In this document: piece after piece, positions 18,608 to 26,922 of the stretch
Layout: every line of letters begins with the position of its first letter
How positions within the stretch are numbered: the stretch's first letter is position 1
Assembly (NCBI GenBank): GCA_965218795.1
Contig: OZ244653.1
Coordinates: 4,736,001-4,800,000, forward strand
Length of the DNA: 64,000 nt
Reading direction: 5' to 3'
From: a bacterium
GTDB lineage: Bacteria > UBA8248 > JACPRG01 > G963555815
The notes under the pieces: generated by a model
The model's input: the letters and a program-made list of their open reading frames with translations, nothing else
Database searches by the model: none
What the model was told of the DNA's origin: nothing
Position numbers and translations under genes: made by a program

Positions 18608-18988
18608 CTAGATGAATGCGGCGACTTCGATCTCCACCCGCGCACCAGCGACCAGTTCCTTCACGGCCAGCGTCGTCCGTGCAGGCGGGTTCTCGGGGAA
18701 GTACTCATTGAACACGTTGTTCATTTCAATCATCTCACTCAGATCGGCCATGAAGATGGTGACCTTCACGGCCTTTTCGAGCGACGAGCCCGCAGCCTCC
18801 AGGACCGCCTTCATGTTTTCGCAGACCTGACGTGTCTCCGGCCCAATCCCACCGGGGACCAGCATTCCGGTCGCCGAATCATTCCCCAGTTGTCCTGACA
18901 GATAGACCATGTCCCCGACTTTGATGGCTTGCGAAAGCGGGACCTTTGCGGGCGGTACTTTGTCGGTATGAATGACCTCTTTGTTCAT
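18608..18988 (-). CDS. ridA: RidA/YjgF family reactive-intermediate deaminase
   Basis: PLSQAI, YLSGQLG, VKVTIF, MNNVFNEYF, PPART, VEIEVAA. RBS GGAGG. Confidence 0.9.
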   Translation of the reverse strand: MNKEVIHTDKVPPAKVPLSQAIKVGDMVYLSGQLGNDSATGMLVPGGIGPETRQVCENMKAVLEAAGSSLEKAVKVTIFMADLSEMIEMNNVFNEYFPENPPARTTLAVKELVAGARVEIEVAAFI

Positions 18989-19085
18989 CGCATTTCCTCC
19001 CGAATTTGGTCGAACCCTCTTAGCATACGGGAGATAACGAGTCAACGCGAAGGGGGCGTCAACGGTTCATGCGGCTGAATCCCGC

Positions 19086-19115
19086 TTGACTTCCCAAAAG
19101 ATCGACTCCTATTCT
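19086..19115 (+). promoter_or_regulatory. candidate sigma70 promoter for rarA
   Basis: TTGACT-18 nt-TATTCT, about 55 nt upstream of the ATG. Confidence 0.4.
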
Positions 19116-19169
19116 CAAATCATGAATCCTGCGCATGTTCGGGTGGCGGAAAGTTGATGAGTCGAACGA

Positions 19170-20579
19170 ATGGATCTGTTTGAAGGCGAAAATCCGACGG
19201 GAACCAACACCCAGTCATCGGAGCCTTCTTCCGCCGATGAGCGTAAAGTTGGGGCCGGCGGCCGGGAGCCCTCCCGTCCCCTGGCCGACCGAATGCGCCC
19301 GGATCGGCTGGAGGACTTCCTCGGGCAGCAACAAATTCTCGGCGAAGAACAAGTTCTGCGGCGGATCATCGAGGCGGATGAGCCGACTTCTATCATTCTC
19401 TGGGGGCCTCCGGGCTCAGGCAAAACGACCCTCGCGCATATCATCGCCAAGCGGACGGGCGCGCATTTCGTTCACTTCAGCGCCGTTCTGGGAGGCGTAA
19501 AAGAGCTTCGGGAGATCATCGAGGTGGCTCGGAAGGTGCAGCGGGCCCAGAAACGGAGGACGGTCCTGTTCGTTGACGAGATTCACCGGTTCAACAAGGC
19601 CCAGCAGGATGCTTTTCTTCCTCACGTTGAGCAAGGGCTGATCACTCTCATCGGAGCCACCACGGAAAATCCATCCTTCGAGATCAACTCCGCTCTCTTG
19701 TCGCGGTGTCGGGTATTTGTCCTGGAAGCCTTGACGGCTGAGCAGATCCGGGACCTGCTCCGGCGCGCTCTGACAGCCGAAAAAGGACTGGCGCCGCTTC
19801 ACGTCGAAATGGATGAGGAGGCCCAGGAACATCTTGCCAGGATGTCCAACGGCGACGCCCGCGTCGCCCTCAACGCGCTGGAGATGGCCGCCTTTGCTGC
19901 CGGGCCCGACCCGAATGGACGGCGGCATGTTTCGCTGGCGGATGCCGAAGACGCCCTTCAGCGACGCGCCCTCCTCTACGATCGGGCGGGGGAGGAGCAT
20001 TTCAACATCATTTCGGCCCTTCACAAGAGCCTTCGGGGAAGCGACCCGGACGCCGCTCTTTACTGGCTGGCCCGGATGATCGAGGCGGGAGAGGACCCGC
20101 TCTACATAGCCCGGAGGATGGTTCGTTTCGCCTCGGAGGACATCGGCCTGGCGGATCCCACCGCCCTGATCCAGGCCATCGCCGCCAAGGAAGCCTTTCA
20201 CTTCATCGGCCCGCCGGAAGGCTATCTCGCGCTGGCCCAGGCGGCGGTTTATTTGGCCGCCGCCCCGAAGAGCAACGCCCTCTACCGGGCCTATGGCGAA
20301 GCCGTTCGCGACGTGCATGAGACCATGAACGAGCCGGTCCCGCTCCATATCCGCAATGCGCCCACTCCGTTGATGTCCGACCTCGGTTACGGCAAGGGAT
20401 ATCAATACGCCCATGACGACGCGGAGGCCTTCACCCCCGAGCAGATTTATCTCCCCGACAATCTTCAAGGTCGCACCTACTACCGGCCGACGAATCGAGG
20501 ATTCGAAAAAACCGTCGCCGAGCGCCTGGCTTATTGGAGAAAGCTGGTTCAAGAAGCAAGGAAAGAGCGGGATTCCTGA
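19170..20579 (+). CDS. rarA: replication-associated recombination protein A (AAA+ ATPase)
   Basis: PLADRMRP, WGPPGSGKTT, DEIHRFNKAQQD, GATTENPSF, ISALHKSLRGSD, SEDIGLADP, VPLHIRNAPT. Confidence 0.97.
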   Translation: MDLFEGENPTGTNTQSSEPSSADERKVGAGGREPSRPLADRMRPDRLEDFLGQQQILGEEQVLRRIIEADEPTSIILWGPPGSGKTTLAHIIAKRTGAHFVHFSAVLGGVKELREIIEVARKVQRAQKRRTVLFVDEIHRFNKAQQDAFLPHVEQGLITLIGATTENPSFEINSALLSRCRVFVLEALTAEQIRDLLRRALTAEKGLAPLHVEMDEEAQEHLARMSNGDARVALNALEMAAFAAGPDPNGRRHVSLADAEDALQRRALLYDRAGEEHFNIISALHKSLRGSDPDAALYWLARMIEAGEDPLYIARRMVRFASEDIGLADPTALIQAIAAKEAFHFIGPPEGYLALAQAAVYLAAAPKSNALYRAYGEAVRDVHETMNEPVPLHIRNAPTPLMSDLGYGKGYQYAHDDAEAFTPEQIYLPDNLQGRTYYRPTNRGFEKTVAERLAYWRKLVQEARKERDS

Positions 20580-20714
20580 CTGAAAACCAATCGGGGGAGC
20601 GACCGGTTCCAACGACGGTCGGACGGCGGGTACCGCGGTCGGTTTCCTCTTCGGCTTTTTGATCTGGTAATATTCCTTGAATTCAAATCATGAGGGATTG
20701 TGGAGAGTCCCAGA

Positions 20715-21386
20715 ATGGCAGCGATGGATCCGCAAGATTTTATCCAACATTTGAGGGACATCTATACGGAGGCCATATCCGACCGGCGATTCGTGTATCC
20801 GGAGTGGTTCAAGCAGAAGGGCGATAAGTTGCGAGAAGCCTACCGGCAGCTTGCATGCGCCTATTGGGCCAGTTCGGAGGTGCACGCAAAGGCCCAGGCG
20901 CGGTTCGAGCGAATCCTGGACATCGACACAAAGATCAAGTTGGCGCGTCAAGTCTGGGAGGAGGCCCGGCATTGCAAGGATGTCACTCGGCTGCTCAAGG
21001 AGTCGTTCCGGGAAAACTTCAAGGCCGACGACTATGAACCGGTACCGGAATTGACGGAATGCTTTTATGATTACTACGGGAACATCGACGATCCAGGTGG
21101 CTACTTTGCCGCGCACAACATGGCGGGAGAACGGACGGCCCTTCACATGCTCGAAGAGGCCGCCGCGTTTGCCCGAGCGGGGGGCATGGGAAGTTTGGCC
21201 CGGTTTGCCGAGAGGATCATCCCCGAAGAGCGGCTCCATGTCCGTCTGGGGGAGGAAGTTGTGGCTGCATTCGCCACCGACGAGGATGCGCAAGAAAGGC
21301 TGGAGGGGTATTTCAAGCAGGGGTTGGAGGCCCATTGGAATTACACGGAGGGCGTATACCGGAAAATCGCCAGCCTGGATGGATGA
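20715..21386 (+). CDS. ferritin-like di-iron-carboxylate protein, paralog A
   Basis: EEARH, GERTA and EERLH motifs with four-helix spacing. The first ligand position is Tyr (ACAYWASSEVH). Confidence 0.85.
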   Translation: MAAMDPQDFIQHLRDIYTEAISDRRFVYPEWFKQKGDKLREAYRQLACAYWASSEVHAKAQARFERILDIDTKIKLARQVWEEARHCKDVTRLLKESFRENFKADDYEPVPELTECFYDYYGNIDDPGGYFAAHNMAGERTALHMLEEAAAFARAGGMGSLARFAERIIPEERLHVRLGEEVVAAFATDEDAQERLEGYFKQGLEAHWNYTEGVYRKIASLDG

Positions 21387-21469
21387 TTTGGAAAATCGCC
21401 TTGGAAAAGGGTTGGAGGTATGCATCGACGGAACGGGCCCAAGACAAGTCTTCTGAGGAGAGATTGTAG

Positions 21470-22156
21470 ATGGCAGCGATGACGCCAAAAGAATTTGTTC
21501 AGCACCTGCGAAAGGTGTACGACGACATCATTTCGCAGCGAACGTTCGTCTATTCGGAGTGGTTCAAGGAAACGGGAGATCGCCTCCGGGAAGCCTACCG
21601 CCAGCTTGCATGTGCGGAATACGCCAGTTCCTGGGTCCATGCGACATTGTTGGAGCGGTTTCCCGAGCTTGATCTGGACATCAAGATCAAGGTCGCGCGC
21701 CAGGTCTGGGAAGAGGCGCGACACAGCAAGGACGTGAAGTCTCTTCTAAAGGAAGCTTTTGATGAAGACTTCGCGATGCAGGATTACACCCCGGTGCAGG
21801 AACTGACCGACTGCTTCTACGGTTATTACGCTGATATCGACGACCCCGGCGCTTATTTCGCGGCGCACAATGCGGCAGGCGAGCGGACGGCTTTGCGGAT
21901 GTTGGAGAAGGTCAGCGCTTTTGCTCGTGGGGCGGGTATGCAGAGTCTGGCGCGGGTGGCCGACAAGATCGTTCCGGAAGAACGGTTCCACGTCCGACTG
22001 GGCGAGCAGGTCGTCGAGAAGTACGCGACGACCGAAGAGCGCCAGAAAAAGTTGGAGGAATATTTCCGGTCGGGTCTGGACGCCCATTGGAATTATACGG
22101 AAGGGGTGTATCGGAAGATCAACTCGATGAAGGGCGCCGAGGAAGTCACTGCCTGA
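21470..22156 (+). CDS. ferritin-like di-iron-carboxylate protein, paralog B
   Basis: E50, E82xxH85, E138 and E171xxH174 form a complete canonical ligand set. RBS GAGGAG. Confidence 0.88.
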   Translation: MAAMTPKEFVQHLRKVYDDIISQRTFVYSEWFKETGDRLREAYRQLACAEYASSWVHATLLERFPELDLDIKIKVARQVWEEARHSKDVKSLLKEAFDEDFAMQDYTPVQELTDCFYGYYADIDDPGAYFAAHNAAGERTALRMLEKVSAFARGAGMQSLARVADKIVPEERFHVRLGEQVVEKYATTEERQKKLEEYFRSGLDAHWNYTEGVYRKINSMKGAEEVTA

Positions 22157-22183
22157 CATGGGTGGCCCCGGGAGGTTCAGGAC

Positions 22184-22453
22184 ATGGCCCGAATCGTAGC
22201 CATTGAATCCATCCAGGCCTGGGTGTCGGATCAGCTGCACCTTGAGATTTACAAGAGGGAAGCGGCCGATCTCGGAAGACTCGGCGAGGAAGAGGATCCC
22301 CCATTGACGTGGAAGGAGATATTCCACAGAGCCGTGGAAGAGGGGAGTCTCACGCCTGAAGATGTTCCGTACTGGCTGGGAATCGCGACAAAGGGGGAAG
22401 GCGAGGGAAACGTGGAGGATATCGAGGAAGACTACGGATCCGTCCACGTGTAG
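22184..22453 (+). CDS. small acidic hypothetical protein (89 aa)
   Basis: GGAGG upstream, 27 nt after paralog B, coding-like composition. Ends in TAG in frame with the next ORF. Confidence 0.75.
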   Translation: MARIVAIESIQAWVSDQLHLEIYKREAADLGRLGEEEDPPLTWKEIFHRAVEEGSLTPEDVPYWLGIATKGEGEGNVEDIEEDYGSVHV

Positions 22454-22489
22454 CTGCCCGGGTTGTCCTTCGGACGCGGAGTGCTTGCA

Positions 22490-22795
22490 TTGGCAAAGCC
22501 CACCAAAAAAATTTGTCAGGATTATTTCAATCTGTTTATTCAAATGGACGACGGCGAATGGGAAAAAATCGACCGGCGGCTGGCACGTGACCGCTCTCCG
22601 GAGGAGATTGAGGACATCCAGGAGGACTTCGTCGCCTTTACGCGTTTCGTCTGGTCGAATTTCATCAACCTCCAACTGGAGTTCGAGGATCCCGTCATCG
22701 AGCGTATCCTCGCGGCCCGCGGCTCTGAAGCTCTGGACCAGCTCGAAGTCAGCCGGGAGAGCCTCGAGGCCCTGAGACCGAATCCCGCCTCCTGA
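22490..22795 (+). CDS. small acidic helical hypothetical protein (about 101 aa)
   Basis: Likely TTG start at 22490 (MAKPTKKICQDYFNLF...) with GGAG at 22478-22481. The frame is open back to the TAG of the previous gene. Confidence 0.7.
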   Translation: MAKPTKKICQDYFNLFIQMDDGEWEKIDRRLARDRSPEEIEDIQEDFVAFTRFVWSNFINLQLEFEDPVIERILAARGSEALDQLEVSRESLEALRPNPAS

Positions 22796-22830
22796 ATCCT
22801 TACCGTTCGGCAGGTCCCGAAAGTTCCGAT

Positions 22831-22852
22831 TAAGCCGCCTCGTGGCGGGTTA
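22831..22852. terminator. possible hairpin between convergent genes
   Basis: TAAGCCGCC-TCGT-GGCGGGTTA inverted repeat with one mismatch and no U-tract. Confidence 0.3.
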
Positions 22853-23860
22853 CGGGTCCAGCACCTCTGCGACCTCGACCGCACGGCCCTCCTCTGCCGA
22901 ACGAATGGCCGCCACGACCACCGCCAGAGAATCCAAGCCTTCCTTCCCTCCGGTCTCGGGTTTTGATTGGGTCCGGATGCAGTCCGCGAAATGCTCGAGT
23001 TCGTCCATCACGATATCCACGCCTGGATACGGCACCGCGACACGGGCTTCATCGGTCTCCTTGTGGTAAAGGCCCTCATACCGATCGTAGTAGAGGTTGC
23101 CCGTGGTGCCGTAAACGTTGACGAAGTAAGTCCAGCGGGGACTCGCAAAATTGCTGCCCACATACCCCTGAACCCCCGACTCGAACTCCAGAATCGTGCT
23201 CGTCACGTCGGGGATTTCGGCTTTTGTAATCTTTCTCCCCAGAAAGGATGAAACGCGGCGAATCGGTCCGCCGAGATAATGGAGAGTGTCCACATGGTGG
23301 ACGCCGAGTTGCGTCAGGGCTCCGGCGGGACTTTCTTTCTTGTACCAGAGCCACTCGCCCTCCTCGACGATCATCCCCAACGCGTTGGAGATGTGCGCGT
23401 CGATCATCACGAGCTCGCCGAGCTTGCCCTCTTCGAGCCACTCCTTCTGGACGCGGTGTCCGCCCAGACGCCTTGAGCTGTGGCCGACCATCAATGTGAC
23501 TCCCGCCTCCTCGCAGGCGGCTATCACCTGGCGGCTTTCTCCGATGTCATTCGCAATGGGTTTTTCAACGAATACGTGCTTGCCAGCTTCCGCGGCACGG
23601 ATGGATAGATCGGTATGGGCGTTGTTGGGGGCGGAAATGACGACACCTTCAATGTCCTTCCGCTTCAGGAGGTCTTCGCAGGAAGACTCGATGTCCATTC
23701 CGTACTTTTCCGCGTACGCCTTCCGCTTTTCCGCAGAACGGCTGAAACCGGCGACGATCTCGATCTCCTCGCTCTTCGAGGCGGCTGCTGCCAGGAGCCC
23801 GCCCCACCTTCCGAGTCCGATCTGTGCCAAGCGCACGACTCCATTCGCAGCAGCCGTCAT
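22850..23860 (-). CDS. Gfo/Idh/MocA family NAD(P)-dependent oxidoreductase
   Basis: IGLGRWG, AGKHVFVEKP, VGHSSR, GALTQLGVHHVD. Confidence 0.93.
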   Translation of the reverse strand: MTAAANGVVRLAQIGLGRWGGLLAAAASKSEEIEIVAGFSRSAEKRKAYAEKYGMDIESSCEDLLKRKDIEGVVISAPNNAHTDLSIRAAEAGKHVFVEKPIANDIGESRQVIAACEEAGVTLMVGHSSRRLGGHRVQKEWLEEGKLGELVMIDAHISNALGMIVEEGEWLWYKKESPAGALTQLGVHHVDTLHYLGGPIRRVSSFLGRKITKAEIPDVTSTILEFESGVQGYVGSNFASPRWTYFVNVYGTTGNLYYDRYEGLYHKETDEARVAVPYPGVDIVMDELEHFADCIRTQSKPETGGKEGLDSLAVVVAAIRSAEEGRAVEVAEVLDP

Positions 23861-23938
23861 CCCCGGTCTCCCTTTTACGATGGAGGATAGAAGAAATTCG
23901 AGGTTTCCGGGTTTCACCCCGGTCGTTTTGAAATCCGC

Positions 23939-24988
23939 TCACCCGGAAGGATGCGATTCCCTCTTCAGATGATCGTAGCTGGTGACTGCAAGGCGTTCCT
24001 CCCGCCCATGGCGGGAGAGCTTGAGGCCGTTGCCGGGGTCCGTCATTCGGCCGATCGGAGTGAGGACCGTCCCGGTTTCCTGGTAGACGCGCGCGGCTAG
24101 GTCTTCTGCCTCTTCCGGTTTGACTGCCAGAAGAATCTCATAATCCTCTCCGCCTTGCAGGGCCAGCGTGACAGGATCCAGGCCCCATGATTCGGCGGCC
24201 TGTCGCAGGGCGTCGGAAATTGGGAACTTCTCGCAGTCCAGAAGGACACCGGTGCCGCTGGCCTCGCAAAGGTGCGTTACATCCCCCGAAAGGCCATCGC
24301 TCAGATCGATCATCGCCGTGGCCGCACGGGATTGTGAAACGGCTTGTCCCTCGCGGACGCGCGGGGTCGGGAGGAGGAAGGCGTCCACAAGGGGCTCGAC
24401 GTCGTTCGACAAAGTTCCGGCTTCGCCCGGCCCTCCCGGACCGGCTTCAAGAAGGAGCCGAAGGCCCGCCGCCGCATCGCCCAGCGTCCCTGTAACCATC
24501 AGGACATCTCCGGGGTGCGCGCCGGACCGTGAGAGTGTCAAGTCGGGGTCCGACTCGCCCAATAGATGAACGTCCAGGATCATCGCTTCAGCCGATCGCG
24601 AAACATTTCCGCCGACGATTGTCGTCTTGTACGTTTCCCCTTCCTCCCGAAGCCCGTCGTAGACGGCTTCCAGATACTCGGCGGACGTGTCCTCGCGGAC
24701 GACGATGGAAACCAGCGCGTATTTCGGGCGGCCTCCCATGGCCGCAATGTCGCTGATGTTGATGGCCAGAGCCTTCCGGCCGAGTTGGTTGGGAGTGGCG
24801 CGGTTGCGAAGAAAATGCTGTCCTTCAACCATCATATCGCCCGTTGCCAGCACCCAGCGACCCGGTGTAAAGACCAACCCTGCGCAGTCGTCTCCATTGG
24901 GTAACACGACCCCCGGGTTGGTTTGCGGACCGAGGCGTTCCCGCAACCGATCGATCAGACCAAACTCTCCGACATCCGAAACACGCAC
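23939..24988 (-). CDS. thiL: thiamine-monophosphate kinase
   Basis: GEFGLID, GDDCA, GDMMVEGQHF, NISDIAAMGG, RSGAHPGD, IDLSDGL, GGEDYE. GTG start inferred from the GGGAG RBS. Confidence 0.95.
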   Translation of the reverse strand: MRVSDVGEFGLIDRLRERLGPQTNPGVVLPNGDDCAGLVFTPGRWVLATGDMMVEGQHFLRNRATPNQLGRKALAINISDIAAMGGRPKYALVSIVVREDTSAEYLEAVYDGLREEGETYKTTIVGGNVSRSAEAMILDVHLLGESDPDLTLSRSGAHPGDVLMVTGTLGDAAAGLRLLLEAGPGGPGEAGTLSNDVEPLVDAFLLPTPRVREGQAVSQSRAATAMIDLSDGLSGDVTHLCEASGTGVLLDCEKFPISDALRQAAESWGLDPVTLALQGGEDYEILLAVKPEEAEDLAARVYQETGTVLTPIGRMTDPGNGLKLSRHGREERLAVTSYDHLKRESHPSG

Positions 24989-25213
24989 GCTCCCGCTCCC
25001 CATCCGACAAAATGAAAATCTTGATGCGGACAGCATAACGCTTGGGCATCGTCTCTGTCTTGTCGACAAAATCGGCTGAAAGCATAGACGTTGCTTTGCC
25101 TCCCAATAGGTTGAGGGATAGAGTGGAGTCATCGGTCATCTGAAATGAAGGGAATTTGAAGATTGACGGGAAACGGCTCCGAGGGATTAACGGAGACGCG
25201 CGTTGGCGCCGGG

Positions 25214-26395
25214 ATGGACTCCAGGACGGAAGGCGGACTTTCCGAAGTGGAAGCCAAGACCGCGTCCCAGGAAGAGGCGCGCCGGTTTCACCGCATCGGG
25301 CGCCGGGTGGGATTCGCCCGGACTGGCTTGGGATTTCTCTATCTCGGAATCCTTCTGGTCTCGGGTTTTTCCATCGCGCTGGCGGGTTGGAGTCGAAGTA
25401 TTGTCGCGGATCCATGGGGAGCGTTGGCCATCTACTTTTCCGTCCTCATGGCAGGCCATGAAATCTTGAATGTCCCTCTGGATATCCTGGGTGGCTATCG
25501 GGTGGCCCAGCGGTTCGGGGTATCCCATCAACCTTTTTCCTCTTGGCTGATCGACAGGCTCAAAGCAGCGAGCATTGGGCTCATCTTCGGTCTTTTGGGC
25601 TTCGAGATTCTCTATTGGCTGATGCGCGCGTCAAGTTCTGCCGTCTTTCCCTTATGGGCGGGCCTGGGGTTTCTCATATTCCTGCTGGTTGCAAGCTGGC
25701 TGGCTCCCGTCGTCTTGCTGCCGGTCTTTTTCAAAACTCGGCCGGTCGTCGATGATGCCTTGAAGAGGAAGCTCGCCGAATTGGCGCGTCATTCCGGCAC
25801 GAAAATCGGGGGAATCTTTCAGTTTGATCTCGGCCGAAAGAGTAGAACGGCGAATGCGGCACTGACCGGCTTGGGCAGGACGCGCAGGATCCTCCTCAGC
25901 GATACTCTCCTGGAGGGATTTACGCACGAAGAGATCTCTGTCGTTCTCGCTCATGAATTGGCTCACCACAAACGGCGTCACATTCCTAAATTGATTGCGG
26001 CCCAGGCCGTATTGGGAGTCGGCCTGTTCTACCTGGCTTCTTTCCTGTTGAGGAAGCTCAGCCCTCTCATGGGAATCGGGCATCCGGCGGATCCGGCCGG
26101 GCTTCCGCTCTTCTTGATCATGCTGGTTGGCGGTGGTCTTTTGATTGCGCCATTGGGAAATTGGGTATCCAGGCGGATGGAGCGTGGGTGTGATGGGTAC
26201 GCGCTTGAGCTGACACAAGATTCTGCTTCATTCTTATCCGCCATGCGGAAACTCTCACGTTTGAACCTGGCCGAGGAGTCCCCGTCTCGATGGGTCGAAA
26301 TCCTCTATTACAGTCATCCGCCGATATCCCGGCGCCTGGAGCACGGAGAGAAATTCCGACGGGAATGCCTCGCTCATCCGGTTGGACAGTCTTGA
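25214..26395 (+). CDS. M48-family (Ste24/HtpX-like) membrane zinc metalloprotease
   Basis: ANAALTGLGRTRRILLSDTLL, HELAH, SRRMERGCD, SHPPISRR, multiple TM helices. Confidence 0.93.
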   Translation: MDSRTEGGLSEVEAKTASQEEARRFHRIGRRVGFARTGLGFLYLGILLVSGFSIALAGWSRSIVADPWGALAIYFSVLMAGHEILNVPLDILGGYRVAQRFGVSHQPFSSWLIDRLKAASIGLIFGLLGFEILYWLMRASSSAVFPLWAGLGFLIFLLVASWLAPVVLLPVFFKTRPVVDDALKRKLAELARHSGTKIGGIFQFDLGRKSRTANAALTGLGRTRRILLSDTLLEGFTHEEISVVLAHELAHHKRRHIPKLIAAQAVLGVGLFYLASFLLRKLSPLMGIGHPADPAGLPLFLIMLVGGGLLIAPLGNWVSRRMERGCDGYALELTQDSASFLSAMRKLSRLNLAEESPSRWVEILYYSHPPISRRLEHGEKFRRECLAHPVGQS

Positions 26396-26518
26396 TAAGG
26401 TTGGAAACTGTCCAGAGGCATGAGCCCGACTCTTGCGGCGCCAAGGAATCTCCCTCTGCGTCATCTGTGATCTGATGAAGGAAATCTTGATGAGTCAGCG
26501 AGGTGTGGTCACGGCTCG

Positions 26519-26857
26519 CATGTTCGCGATCTGCACGCCGGCGAGAGGGGGTTCAGGCAATACCGCAACCATGAAAGCGATGATCATAAACGCGAGGTTG
26601 CGGAAGAGTTGGTCCGCATCAAGAGTCTGACGATTCCCGTCCTCGTGGACGGAATGGATCAGAAGTACCACGAGATGCTTGGGAATCTGCCAAACTTCTG
26701 CTACGTCGTGAATAAGCAAGGGGTTGTCGAGTGCCAAGGCACTTGGCTGCTGGGCGATGCGGTGGATGAGGTGCTGGCGGAGATGGTGACAGCGGATGAT
26801 CCCTCCCGGCCGGTCGGGAAAACGCTGGATACATCAGGCGTCGGCACTGAGATCTGA
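26519..26857 (+). pseudogene. 5'-truncated deiodinase-like (thioredoxin-fold) gene remnant
   Basis: The open frame HVRDLHAGERGFRQYRNHESDDHKREVAEELVRIKSLTIPVLVDGMDQKYHEMLGNLPNFCYVVNKQG resembles the YxREAH...P.LVD.MD...P...Y region. The N-terminal catalytic (S/T)xxU/C segment is absent. Confidence 0.65.
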
Positions 26858-26922
26858 GGAACTCATGGGCCGTGGGCGAAACTGCTTGAAGGGGCGGTTC
26901 GCCTTCGGAAAACGGCGGCTTC

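Noticed and set aside
19416-20612. 398-aa minus-strand ORF
   Set aside because: Antisense shadow of rarA.
20677-20686. Palindrome TTGAATTCAA upstream of the di-iron cluster
   Set aside because: A single 10-bp palindrome with no second copy or known regulator match; may be chance.
26468-26470. In-frame TGA as the Sec codon of the deiodinase-like frame
   Set aside because: Wrong sequence context and spacing relative to the conserved block, and no convincing SECIS.
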